A DNA stretch of 64,000 nt from the human T2T-CHM13v2.0 reference genome, Homo sapiens, in NCBI RefSeq assembly GCF_009914755.1, contig NC_060941.1, one strand, 5' to 3'. Shown one piece after another: positions 1-11,700 of this stretch (its first letter is position 1; each line of letters opens with the position of its first letter). The notes beneath the pieces are model-generated. The model searched no databases, had not been told where the DNA came from, and worked only from the letters and a program-made list of their open reading frames with translations. The position numbers and the translations under genes are program-made.

Positions 1-319
1 ATAAACTGCACAGAACTAAACAGAAGCATTCTCAGAACCTTCTTCGTGATGTCTGCATTCAACTCACAGTGTGGAACCTTTCTTTGATAGTTCAGGTTTG
101 AAACACTCTTTTTGTAGAAACTGCAAGGGGATAATTGCACTCTTTGAGGAGTACCGTAGTAAAGGAAATAACTTCCTATAAAAAGAAGACAGAAGCTTTC
201 TCAGAAAATTCTTTGGGATGATTGAGTTGAACTCACAGAGCTGAGCATTCCTTGCGATGTAGCAGTTTAGAAACACACTTTCTGCAGAATCTGCAAGTGC
301 ATATTTGGACCTCTGTGAG

Positions 320-325
320 GAATTC
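320..325. other. EcoRI site (GAATTC), one per HOR, overlapping the m2 CENP-B box; recurs every 2,715 bp
   Basis: ctctgtgagGAATTCgttgg at 320-325 and at the same offset in all 24 copies; no second EcoRI site noticed by eye. Confidence 0.9.
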
Positions 326-338
326 GTTGGAAACGGGA
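322..338 (+). promoter_or_regulatory. CENP-B box, monomer m2 (repeated in each HOR)
   Basis: ATTCGTTGGAAACGGGA matches the nTTCGnnnnAnnCGGGn core. Confidence 0.93.
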
Positions 339-487
339 TAATTTCAGCTGACTAAACAGAAGCAGTCTCAGAATCTTCTTTGTGATGTTTGCATTCAAAT
401 CCCCGAGTTGAACTTTCCTTTCAAAGTTCACGTTTGAAACACTCTTTTTGCAGGATCTACAAGTGGATATTTGGACCACTCTGTGTC

Positions 488-504
488 CTTCGTTCGAAAC
501 GGGT
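488..504 (+). promoter_or_regulatory. CENP-B box, monomer m3 (repeated in each HOR)
   Basis: CTTCGTTCGAAACGGGT has all 9 core positions. Confidence 0.93.
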
Positions 505-658
505 ATATCTTCACATGACATCTAGACAGAAGCATCCTCAGAAGCTTCTCTGTGATGACTGCATTCAACTCACGGAGTTGAACACTCCTTTTGAGAGCGC
601 AGTTTTGAAACTCTCTTTCTGTGGCATCTGCAAGGGGACACGTAGACCTCTTTGAAGA

Positions 659-675
659 TTTCGTTGGAAACGGAA
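659..675 (+). promoter_or_regulatory. Degenerate CENP-B box, monomer m4 (CGGG>CGGA), fixed in all copies
   Basis: TTTCGTTGGAAACGGAA has one core mismatch at position 16. Confidence 0.8.
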
Positions 676-1000
676 TCATCTTCACATAAAAACTATACAG
701 ACGCATTCTCAGGAACTTTTTGGTGATGTTTGTATTCAACTCCCAGAGTTGAACTTTCCTTTGGAAAGAGCAGCTATGAAACACTCTTTTTCTAGAATCT
801 GCAAGTGGACGTTTGGAGGGCTTTGTGGTTTGTGGTGGAAAAGGAAATATCTTCACCTAAATACTAGATAGAAGCATTCTCAGAAACTGCTTTGTGATGA
901 TTGCATTCACCTCACAGAGTTGAACATTCCTATTGATAGAGCAGTTTGGAAACACTCTTGTTGTGGAATGTGCAAGTGGAGATTTGGAGCGCTTTGAGGC

Positions 1001-1017
1001 CTATGGTAGTAAAGGGA
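1001..1017 (+). promoter_or_regulatory. A-type (pJalpha-like) box in m6; equivalents at 151-167 (m1), 830-846 (m5), 1680-1696 (m10), 2023-2039 (m12) and 2194-2210 (m13)
   Basis: CTATGGTAGTAAAGGGA, CTGTGGTGGAAAAGGAA and similar occupy the monomer position where B-type monomers carry the CENP-B box; the A/B monomer dichotomy is established for alpha satellite. Confidence 0.75.
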
Positions 1018-1171
1018 ATAGCTTCATAGAAAAACTAGACAGAAGCATTCTCAGAAAATACTTTGTGATGATTGAGTTTAACTCACAGAGCTGAACATTC
1101 CTTTGGATGGAGCAGGTTTGAGACACACTTTTTGTAGAATCTACAAGTGGATATTTGGACCTCTCTGAGGA

Positions 1172-1188
1172 TTTCGTTGGAAACGGGA
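1172..1188 (+). promoter_or_regulatory. CENP-B box, monomer m7 (repeated in each HOR)
   Basis: TTTCGTTGGAAACGGGA, core intact. Confidence 0.93.
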
Positions 1189-1337
1189 TAACTGCACCTA
1201 ACTAAACGGAAGCATTCTCAGAAACTTCTTGGTGATGTTTGCATTCAAATCCCAGAGTTGAACCTTCCTTTGATAGTTCAGGTTTGAAACACTCTTTTTG
1301 TAGGATCTGCAAGTGGATATTTGGACCACTCTGTGGC

Positions 1338-1354
1338 CTTCGTTCGAAACGGGT
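1338..1354 (+). promoter_or_regulatory. CENP-B box, monomer m8 (repeated in each HOR)
   Basis: CTTCGTTCGAAACGGGT, core intact. Confidence 0.93.
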
Positions 1355-1508
1355 ATATCTTCGCATAAAATCTAGACAGAAGCCTTCTCAGAAACTTCTC
1401 TGTGATGATTGCATTCAACTCACAGAGTTGAACCCTCCTATGGATAGAGCAGTGTTGAAACTCTCTTTTTGTGGAATCTGCAAGTGGATATGTGGACCTC
1501 TCCGAAGA

Positions 1509-1525
1509 TGTCTTTGGAAACGGGA
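1509..1525 (+). promoter_or_regulatory. Degenerate CENP-B box, monomer m9 (TTCG>GTCT), fixed in all copies
   Basis: TGTCTTTGGAAACGGGA has two core mismatches. Confidence 0.8.
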
Positions 1526-1851
1526 ATATCTTCACATAAAAACTAAACAGAAGCATTCTCAGAAACTTCTCTGTGATGTTTGTGTTCAACTCCCAGAGTT
1601 TCACATTGCTTTTCATAGAGTAGTTCTGAAACATGCTTTTCGTAGTGTCTACAAGTGGACATTTGGAGCGCTTTCAGGCCTGTGGTGGAAAACGAATTAT
1701 GGTCACATAAAAACTGGAGAGAAGCATTGTCAGAAACTTCTTTGTGATGATTGCATTCAACTCACAGAGTTGAAGGTTCCTTTTCAAAGAGCAGTTTCCA
1801 ATCACTCTTTGTGTGGAATCTGCAAGTGGATATTTGGACCTATTTTGAAGA

Positions 1852-1868
1852 TTTCGTTGGAAACGGGA
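1852..1868 (+). promoter_or_regulatory. CENP-B box, monomer m11 (repeated in each HOR)
   Basis: TTTCGTTGGAAACGGGA, core intact. Confidence 0.93.
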
Positions 1869-2364
1869 GAATCTTCACAGGAAAGCTAAACAGAAGCATT
1901 CTCAGAAACTTCTTTGTGATGCTTGCATTCAACTCACAGAGTTGAACTTTCCTTTCGAGAGAGAAGCTTTGAAACACTCTTTTTCCAGAATCTGCAAGTG
2001 GACATTTGGAGGGCTTTGAGGCCTGTGGTGGAAAAGGAATTATCTTCCCGTAAAAGCTAGATAGAAGCATTCTCAGAAACTACTTTGTGATGATTGCATT
2101 CAAGTCACAGAGTTGAACATTCCCTTTGACAGAGCAGTTTGGAAACTCTCTTTGTGTAGAATCTGCAAGTGGAGATATGGACCGCTTTGAGGCCTATGGT
2201 AGTAAAGGAAATAGCTTCATATAAAAGCTAGACAGTAGCATTCACAGAAAACTCTTGGTGACGACTGAGTTTAACTCACAGAGCTGAACATTCCTTTGGA
2301 TGGAGCAGTTTCGAAACACACTATTTGTAGAATGTGCAAGTGGATATTTAGGCCTCTCTGAGGA

Positions 2365-2381
2365 TTTCGTTGGAAACGGGA
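2365..2381 (+). promoter_or_regulatory. CENP-B box, monomer m14 (repeated in each HOR)
   Basis: TTTCGTTGGAAACGGGA, core intact. Confidence 0.93.
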
Positions 2382-2531
2382 TAAACCGCACAGAACTAAA
2401 CAGAAGCATTCTCAGAACCTTCTTCGTGATGTTTGCATTCAACTCACAGTGTTGAACCTTTCTTTGATAGTTCAGGTTTGAAACGGTCTTTCTGTAGAAA
2501 CTGCAAGTAGATATTTGGACCTCTCTGAGGA

Positions 2532-2548
2532 TTTCGTTGGAAACGGGA
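2532..2548 (+). promoter_or_regulatory. CENP-B box, monomer m15 (repeated in each HOR)
   Basis: TTTCGTTGGAAACGGGA, core intact. Confidence 0.93.
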
Positions 2549-2699
2549 TAACCCGCACAGAACTAAAACAGAAGCATTCTCAGAACCCTCTTCGTGATGT
2601 TTGCATTCAACTCACAGTGCTGAACCTTTCTTTGATAGTTCAGCTTTGAAACACTCTTTTTGTAGAAACTGCAAGTGGATATTTGGTCCTCTCTGAGCA

Positions 2700-2716
2700 T
2701 TTCGTTGGAAACGGGA
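2700..2716 (+). promoter_or_regulatory. CENP-B box, monomer m16 (repeated in each HOR)
   Basis: TTTCGTTGGAAACGGGA, core intact. Confidence 0.93.
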
Positions 2717-5700
2717 TAAACTGCACAGAACTAAACAGAAGCATTCTCAGAACCTTCTTCGTGATGTCTGCATTCAACTCACAGTGTGGAACCTTTCTTT
2801 GATAGTTCAGGTTTGAAACACTCTTTTTGTAGAAACTGCAAGGGGATAATTGCACTCTTTGAGGAGTACCGTAGTAAAGGAAATAACTTCCTATAAAAAG
2901 AAGACAGAAGCTTTCTCAGAAAATTCTTTGGGATGATTGAGTTGAACTCACAGAGCTGAGCATTCCTTGCGATGTAGCAGTTTAGAAACACACTTTCTGC
3001 AGAATCTGCAAGTGCATATTTGGACCTCTGTGAGGAATTCGTTGGAAACGGGATAATTTCAGCTGACTAAACAGAAGCAGTCTCAGAATCTTCTTTGTGA
3101 TGTTTGCATTCAAATCCCCGAGTTGAACTTTCCTTTCAAAGTTCACGTTTGAAACACTCTTTTTGCAGGATCTACAAGTGGATATTTGGACCACTCTGTG
3201 TCCTTCGTTCGAAACGGGTATATCTTCACATGACATCTAGACAGAAGCATCCTCAGAAGCTTCTCTGTGATGACTGCATTCAACTCACGGAGTTGAACAC
3301 TCCTTTTGAGAGCGCAGTTTTGAAACTCTCTTTCTGTGGCATCTGCAAGGGGACATGTAGACCTCTTTGAAGATTTCGTTGGAAACGGAATCATCTTCAC
3401 ATAAAAACTATACAGACGCATTCTCAGGAACTTTTTGGTGATGTTTGTATTCAACTCCCAGAGTTGAACTTTCCTTTGGAAAGAGCAGCTATGAAACACT
3501 CTTTTTCTAGAATCTGCAAGTGGACGTTTCGAGGGCTTTGTGGTTTGTGGTGGAAAAGGAAATATCTTCACCTAAATACTAGATAGAAGCATTCTCAGAA
3601 ACTGCTTTGTGATGATTGCATTCACCTCACAGAGTTGAACATTCCTATTGATAGAGCAGTTTGGAAACACTCTTGTTGTGGAATGTGCAAGTGGAGATTT
3701 GGAGCGCTTTGAGGCCTATGGTAGTAAAGGGAATAGCTTCATAGAAAAACTAGACAGAAGCATTCTCAGAAAATACTTTGTGATGATTGAGTTTAACTCA
3801 CAGAGCTGAACATTCCTTTGGATGGAGCAGGTTTGAGACACACTTTTTGTAGAATCTACAAGTGGATATTTGGACCTCTCTGAGGATTTCGTTGGAAACG
3901 GGATAACTGCACCTAACTAAACGGAAGCATTCTCAGAAACTTCTTGGTGATGTTTGCATTCAAATCCCAGAGTTGAACCTTCCTTTGATAGTTCAGGTTT
4001 GAAACACTCTTTTTGTAGGATCTGCAAGTGGATATTTGGACCACTCTGTGGCCTTCGTTCGAAACGGGTATATCTTCGCATAAAATCTAGACAGAAGCCT
4101 TCTCAGAAACTTCTCTGTGATGATTGCATTCAACTCACAGAGTTGAACCCTCCTATGGATAGAGCAGTGTTGAAACTCTCTTTTTGTGGAATCTGCAAGT
4201 GGATATGTGGACCTCTCCGAAGATGTCTTTGGAAACGGGAATATCTTCACATAAAAACTAAACAGAAGCATTCTCAGAAACTTCTCTGTGATGTTTGTGT
4301 TCAACTCCCAGAGTTTCACATTGCTTTTCATAGAGTAGTTCTGAAACATGCTTTTCGTAGTGTCTACAAGTGGACATTTGGAGCGCTTTCAGGCCTGTGG
4401 TGGAAAACGAATTATGGTCACATAAAAACTGGAGAGAAGCATTGTCAGAAACTTCTTTGTGATGATTGCATTCAACTCACAGAGTTGAAGGTTCCTTTTC
4501 AAAGAGCAGTTTCCAATCACTCTTTGTGTGGAATCTGCAAGTGGATATTTGGACCTATTTTGAAGATTTCGTTGGAAACGGGAGAATCTTCACAGGAAAG
4601 CTAAACAGAAGCATTCTCAGAAACTTCTTTGTGATGCTTGCATTCAACTCACAGAGTTGAACTTTCCTTTCGAGAGAGAAGCTTTGAAACACTCTTTTTC
4701 CAGAATCTGCAAGTGGACATTTGGAGGGCTTTGAGGCCTGTGGTGGAAAAGGAATTATCTTCCCGTAAAAGCTAGATAGAAGCATTCTCAGAAACTACTT
4801 TGTGATGATTGCATTCAAGTCACAGAGTTGAACATTCCCTTTGACAGAGCAGTTTGGAAACTCTCTTTGTGTAGAATCTGCAAGTGGAGATATGGACCGC
4901 TTTGAGGCCTATGGTAGTAAAGGAAATAGCTTCATATAAAAGCTAGACAGTAGCATTCACAGAAAACTCTTGGTGACGACTGAGTTTAACTCACAGAGCT
5001 GAACATTCCTTTGGATGGAGCAGTTTCGAAACACACTATTTGTAGAATGTGCAAGTGGATATTTAGGCCTCTCTGAGGATTTCGTTGGAAACGGGATAAA
5101 CCGCACAGAACTAAACAGAAGCATTCTCAGAACCTTCTTCGTGATGTTTGCATTCAACTCACAGTGTTGAACCTTTCTTTGATAGTTCAGGTTTGAAACG
5201 GTCTTTCTGTAGAAACTGCAAGTAGATATTTGGACCTCTCTGAGGATTTCGTTGGAAACGGGATAACCCGCACAGAACTAAAACAGAAGCATTCTCAGAA
5301 CCCTCTTCGTGATGTTTGCATTCAACTCACAGTGCTGAACCTTTCTTTGATAGTTCAGCTTTGAAACACTCTTTTTGTAGAAACTGCAAGTGGATATTTG
5401 GTCCTCTCTGAGCATTTCGTTGGAAACGGGATAAACTGCACAGAACTAAACAGAAGCATTCTCAGAACCTTCTTCGTGATGTCTGCATTCAACTCACAGT
5501 GTGGAACCTTTCTTTGATAGTTCAGGTTTGAAACACTCTTTTTGTAGAAACTGCAAGGGGATAATTGCACTCTTTGAGGAGTACCGTAGTAAAGGAAATA
5601 ACTTCCTATAAAAAGAAGACAGAAGCTTTCTCAGAAAATTCTTTGGGATGATTGAGTTGAACTCACAGAGCTGAGCATTCCTTGCGATGTAGCAGTTTAG

Positions 5701-8700
5701 AAACACACTTTCTGCAGAATCTGCAAGTGCATATTTGGACCTCTGTGAGGAATTCGTTGGAAACGGGATAATTTCAGCTGACTAAACAGAAGCAGTCTCA
5801 GAATCTTCTTTGTGATGTTTGCATTCAAATCCCCGAGTTGAACTTTCCTTTCAAAGTTCACGTTTGAAACACTCTTTTTGCAGGATCTACAAGTGGATAT
5901 TTGGACCACTCTGTGTCCTTCGTTCGAAACGGGTATATCTTCACATGACATCTAGACAGAAGCATCCTCAGAAGCTTCTCTGTGATGACTGCATTCAACT
6001 CACGGAGTTGAACACTCCTTTTGAGAGCGCAGTTTTGAAACTCTCTTTCTGTGGCATCTGCAAGGGGACACGTAGACCTCTTTGAAGATTTCGTTGGAAA
6101 CGGAATCATCTTCACATAAAAACTATACAGACGCATTCTCAGGAACTTTTTGGTGATGTTTGTATTCAACTCCCAGAGTTGAACTTTCCTTTGGAAAGAG
6201 CAGCTATGAAACACTCTTTTTCTAGAATCTGCAAGTGGACGTTTGGAGGGCTTTGTGGTTTGTGGTGGAAAAGGAAATATCTTCACCTAAATACTAGATA
6301 GAAGCATTCTCAGAAACTGCTTTGTGATGATTGCATTCACCTCACAGAGTTGAACATTCCTATTGATAGAGCAGTTTGGAAACACTCTTGTTGTGGAATG
6401 TGCAAGTGGAGATTTGGAGCGCTTTGAGGCCTATGGTAGTAAAGGGAATAGCTTCATAGAAAAACTAGACAGAAGCATTCTCAGAAAATACTTTGTGATG
6501 ATTGAGTTTAACTCACAGAGCTGAACATTCCTTTGGATGGAGCAGGTTTGAGACACACTTTTTGTAGAATCTACAAGTGGATATTTGGACCTCTCTGAGG
6601 ATTTCGTTGGAAACGGGATAACTGCACCTAACTAAACGGAAGCATTCTCAGAAACTTCTTGGTGATGTTTGCATTCAAATCCCAGAGTTGAACCTTCCTT
6701 TGATAGTTCAGGTTTGAAACACTCTTTTTGTAGGATCTGCAAGTGGATATTTGGACCACTCTGTGGCCTTCGTTCGAAACGGGTATATCTTCGCATAAAA
6801 TCTAGACAGAAGCCTTCTCAGAAACTTCTCTGTGATGATTGCATTCAACTCACAGAGTTGAACCCTCCTATGGATAGAGCAGTGTTGAAACTCTCTTTTT
6901 GTGGAATCTGCAAGTGGATATGTGGACCTCTCCGAAGATGTCTTTGGAAACGGGAATATCTTCACATAAAAACTAAACAGAAGCATTCTCAGAAACTTCT
7001 CTGTAATGTTTGTGTTCAACTCCCAGAGTTTCACATTGCTTTTCATAGAGTAGTTCTGAAACATGCTTTTCGTAGTGTCTACAAGTGGACATTTGGAGCG
7101 CTTTCAGGCCTGTGGTGGAAAACGAATTATGGTCACATAAAAACTGGAGAGAAGCATTGTCAGAAACTTCTTTGTGATGATTGCATTCAACTCACAGAGT
7201 TGAAGGTTCCTTTTCAAAGAGCAGTTTCCAATCACTCTTTGTGTGGAATCTGCAAGTGGATATTTGGACCTATTTTGAAGATTTCGTTGGAAACGGGAGA
7301 ATCTTCACAGGAAAGCTAAACAGAAGCATTCTCAGAAACTTCTTTGTGATGCTTGCATTCAACTCACAGAGTTGAACTTTCCTTTCGAGAGAGAAGCTTT
7401 GAAACACTCTTTTTCCAGAATCTGCAAGTGGACATTTGGAGGGCTTTGAGGCCTGTGGTGGAAAAGGAATTATCTTCCCGTAAAAGCTAGATAGAAGCAT
7501 TCTCAGAAACTACTTTGTGATGATTGCATTCAAGTCACAGAGTTGAACATTCCCTTTGACAGAGCAGTTTGGAAACTCTCTTTGTGTAGAATCTGCAAGT
7601 GGAGATATGGACCGCTTTGAGGCCTATGGTAGTAAAGGAAATAGCTTCATATAAAAGCTAGACAGTAGCATTCACAGAAAACTCTTGGTGACGACTGAGT
7701 TTAACTCACAGAGCTGAACATTCCTTTGGATGGAGCAGTTTCGAAACACACTATTTGTAGAATGTGCAAGTGGATATTTAGGCCTCTCTGAGGATTTCGT
7801 TGGAAACGGGATAAACCGCACAGAACTAAACAGAAGCATTCTCAGAACCTTCTTCGTGATGTTTGCATTCAACTCACAGTGTTGAACCTTTCTTTGATAG
7901 TTCAGGTTTGAAACGGTCTTTCTGTAGAAACTGCAAGTAGATATTTGGACCTCTCTGAGGATTTCGTTGGAAACGGGATAACCCGCACAGAACTAAAACA
8001 GAAGCATTCTCAGAACCCTCTTCGTGATGTTTGCATTCAACTCACAGTGCTGAACCTTTCTTTGATAGTTCAGCTTTGAAACACTCTTTTTGTAGAAACT
8101 GCAAGTGGATATTTGGTCCTCTCTGAGCATTTCGTTGGAAACGGGATAAACTGCACAGAACTAAACAGAAGCATTCTCAGAACCTTCTTCGTGATGTCTG
8201 CATTCAACTCACAGTGTGGAACCTTTCTTTGATAGTTCAGGTTTGAAACACTCTTTTTGTAGAAACTGCAAGGGGATAATTGCACTCTTTGAGGAGTACC
8301 GTAGTAAAGGAAATAACTTCCTATAAAAAGAAGACAGAAGCTTTCTCAGAAAATTCTTTGGGATGATTGAGTTGAACTCACAGAGCTGAGCATTCCTTGC
8401 GATGTAGCAGTTTAGAAACACACTTTCTGCAGAATCTGCAAGTGCATATTTGGACCTCTGTGAGGAATTCGTTGGAAACGGGATAATTTCAGCTGACTAA
8501 ACAGAAGCAGTCTCAGAATCTTCTTTGTGATGTTTGCATTCAAATCCCCGAGTTGAACTTTCCTTTCAAAGTTCACGTTTGAAACACTCTTTTTGCAGGA
8601 TCTACAAGTGGATATTTGGACCACTCTGTGTCCTTCGTTCGAAACGGGTATATCTTCACATGACATCTAGACAGAAGCATCCTCAGAAGCTTCTCTGTGA

Positions 8701-11700
8701 TGACTGCATTCAACTCACGGAGTTGAACACTCCTTTTGAGAGCGCAGTTTTGAAACTCTCTTTCTGTGGCATCTGCAAGGGGACACGTAGACCTCTTTGA
8801 AGATTTCGTTGGAAACGGAATCATCTTCACATAAAAACTATACAGACGCATTCTCAGGAACTTTTTGGTGATGTTTGTATTCAACTCCCAGAGTTGAACT
8901 TTCCTTTGGAAAGAGCAGCTATGAAACACTCTTTTTCTAGAATCTGCAAGTGGACGTTTGGAGGGCTTTGTGGTTTGTGGTGGAAAAGGAAATATCTTCA
9001 CCTAAATACTAGATAGAAGCATTCTCAGAAACTGCTTTGTGATGATTGCATTCACCTCACAGAGTTGAACATTCCTATTGATAGAGCAGTTTGGAAACAC
9101 TCTTGTTGTGGAATGTGCAAGTGGAGATTTGGAGCGCTTTGAGGCCTATGGTAGTAAAGGGAATAGCTTCATAGAAAAACTAGACAGAAGCATTCTCAGA
9201 AAATACTTTGTGATGATTGAGTTTAACTCACAGAGCTGAACATTCCTTTGGATGGAGCAGGTTTGAGACACACTTTTTGTAGAATCTACAAGTGGATATT
9301 TGGACCTCTCTGAGGATTTCGTTGGAAACGGGATAACTGCACCTAACTAAACGGAAGCATTCTCAGAAACTTCTTGGTGATGTTTGCATTCAAATCCCAG
9401 AGTTGAACCTTCCTTTGATAGTTCAGGTTTGAAACACTCTTTTTGTAGGATCTGCAAGTGGATATTTGGACCACTCTGTGGCCTTCGTTCGAAACGGGTA
9501 TATCTTCGCATAAAATCTAGACAGGAGCCTTCTCAGAAACTTCTCTGTGATGATTGCATTCAACTCACAGAGTTGAACCCTCCTATGGATAGAGCAGTGT
9601 TGAAACTCTCTTTTTGTGGAATCTGCAAGTGGATATGTGGACCTCTCCGAAGATGTCTTTGGAAACGGGAATATCTTCACATAAAAACTAAACAGAAGCA
9701 TTCTCAGAAACTTCTCTGTGATGTTTGTGTTCAACTCCCAGAGTTTCACATTGCTTTTCATAGAGTAGTTCTGAAACATGCTTTTCGTAGTGTCTACAAG
9801 TGGACATTTGGAGCGCTTTCAGGCCTGTGGTGGAAAACGAATTATGGTCACATAAAAACTGGAGAGAAGCATTGTCAGAAACTTCTTTGTGATGATTGCA
9901 TTCAACTCACAGAGTTGAAGGTTCCTTTTCAAAGAGCAGTTTCCAATCACTCTTTGTGTGGAATCTGCAAGTGGATATTTGGACCTATTTTGAAGATTTC
10001 GTTGGAAACGGGAGAATCTTCACAGGAAAGCTAAACAGAAGCATTCTCAGAAACTTCTTTGTGATGCTTGCATTCAACTCACAGAGTTGAACTTTCCTTT
10101 CGAGAGAGAAGCTTTGAAACACTCTTTTTCCAGAATCTGCAAGTGGACATTTGGAGGGCTTTGAGGCCTGTGGTGGAAAAGGAATTATCTTCCCGTAAAA
10201 GCTAGATAGAAGCATTCTCAGAAACTACTTTGTGATGATTGCATTCAAGTCACAGAGTTGAACATTCCCTTTGACAGAGCAGTTTGGAAACTCTCTTTGT
10301 GTAGAATCTGCAAGTGGAGATATGGACCGCTTTGAGGCCTATGGTAGTAAAGGAAATAGCTTCATATAAAAGCTAGACAGTAGCATTCACAGAAAACTCT
10401 TGGTGACGACTGAGTTTAACTCACAGAGCTGAACATTCCTTTGGATGGAGCAGTTTCGAAACACACTATTTGTAGAATGTGCAAGTGGATATTTAGGCCT
10501 CTCTGAGGATTTCGTTGGAAACGGGATAAACCGCACAGAACTAAACAGAAGCATTCTCAGAACCTTCTTCGTGATGTTTGCATTCAACTCACAGTGTTGA
10601 ACCTTTCTTTGATAGTTCAGGTTTGAAACGGTCTTTCTGTAGAAACTGCAAGTAGATATTTGGACCTCTCTGAGGATTTCGTTGGAAACGGGATAACCCG
10701 CACAGAACTAAAACAGAAGCATTCTCAGAACCCTCTTCGTGATGTTTGCATTCAACTCACAGTGCTGAACCTTTCTTTGATAGTTCAGCTTTGAAACACT
10801 CTTTTTGTAGAAACTGCAAGTGGATATTTGGTCCTCTCTGAGCATTTCGTTGGAAACGGGATAAACTGCACAGAACTAAACAGAAGCATTCTCAGAACCT
10901 TCTTCGTGATGTCTGCATTCAACTCACAGTGTGGAACCTTTCTTTGATAGTTCAGGTTTGAAACACTCTTTTTGTAGAAACTGCAAGGGGATAATTGCAC
11001 TCTTTGAGGAGTACCGTAGTAAAGGAAATAACTTCCTATAAAAAGAAGACAGAAGCTTTCTCAGAAAATTCTTTGGGATGATTGAGTTGAACTCACAGAG
11101 CTGAGCATTCCTTGCGATGTAGCAGTTTAGAAACACACTTTCTGCAGAATCTGCAAGTGCATATTTGGACCTCTGTGAGGAATTCGTTGGAAACGGGATA
11201 ATTTCAGCTGACTAAACAGAAGCAGTCTCAGAATCTTCTTTGTGATGTTTGCATTCAAATCCCCGAGTTGAACTTTCCTTTCAAAGTTCACGTTTGAAAC
11301 ACTCTTTTTGCAGGATCTACAAGTGGATATTTGGACCACTCTGTGTCCTTCGTTCGAAACGGGTATATCTTCACATGACATCTAGACAGAAGCATCCTCA
11401 GAAGCTTCTCTGTGATGACTGCATTCAACTCACGGAGTTGAACACTCCTTTTGAGAGCGCAGTTTTGAAACTCTCTTTCTGTGGCATCTGCAAGGGGACA
11501 CGTAGACCTCTTTGAAGATTTCGTTGGAAACGGAATCATCTTCACATAAAAACTATACAGACGCATTCTCAGGAACTTTTTGGTGATGTTTGTATTCAAC
11601 TCCCAGAGTTGAACTTTCCTTTGGAAAGAGCAGCTATGAAACACTCTTTTTCTAGAATCTGCAAGTGGACGTTTGGAGGGCTTTGTGGTTTGTGGTGGAA

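Larger units (their letters stand above)
190..1890 (+). repeat. Internal ancestral pentamer repeat (850-bp offset): m2-m6 versus m7-m11, box pattern B-B-B-A-A
   Basis: Anchors are 850 bp apart (190/1040, 357/1207, 527/1377, 698/1548, 869/1719) and share diagnostic motifs such as gcattcaaatccc and cttcgttcgaaacgggtatatct in m3 and m8. The B-B-B-A-A order is the SF3 W1-W5 pentamer (established knowledge); m11 departs from it. Confidence 0.85.
21..2735 (+). repeat. One complete 16-monomer HOR unit (reference copy)
   Basis: Monomer anchors (c/t/g-agaagcatt-like) at 21, 190, 357, 527, 698, 869, 1040, 1207, 1377, 1548, 1719, 1891, 2062, 2233, 2401 and 2569, next unit at 2736. Lengths 169,167,170,171,171,171,167,170,171,171,172,171,171,168,168,167 sum to 2,715. 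Confidence 0.95.
2233..2735 (+). repeat. Three consecutive short (168/168/167 bp) CENP-B-box monomers m14-m16: local monomer amplification inside the HOR
   Basis: All three end in ctctctgag(g/c)atttcgttggaaacgggataa(a/c)c(c/t)gcacagaactaaa. m15, m16 and the following m1 all begin cagaagcattctcagaacc(t/c)tcttcgtgatgt...aacctttctttgatagttcag. Confidence 0.85.

Noticed and set aside
1239-1889. 216-aa + strand ORF, and the other 64-142 aa ORFs repeated in every HOR
   Set aside because: These are translations of alpha-satellite monomers (171 bp is 57 codons, giving internal peptide repeats such as QKLLCDDCIQLTELN). Many start at TTG/GTG, they overlap on both strands, and they show no recognisable domain. 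Their conservation simply reflects HOR identity.
2308-2317. Perfect 10-bp palindrome GTTTCGAAAC, and near-dyads such as gtttgaaac in most monomers
   Set aside because: Short dyads are a general property of alphoid monomers and are too short to support a claim of a specific cruciform or terminator.
7005-9525. Singleton variants (e.g. 7005 G>A, 9525 A>G, also 55467, 58564, 59147, 59863)
   Set aside because: Each is seen once and cannot be distinguished from sequencing or consensus error without reads; they were used only in aggregate counts.
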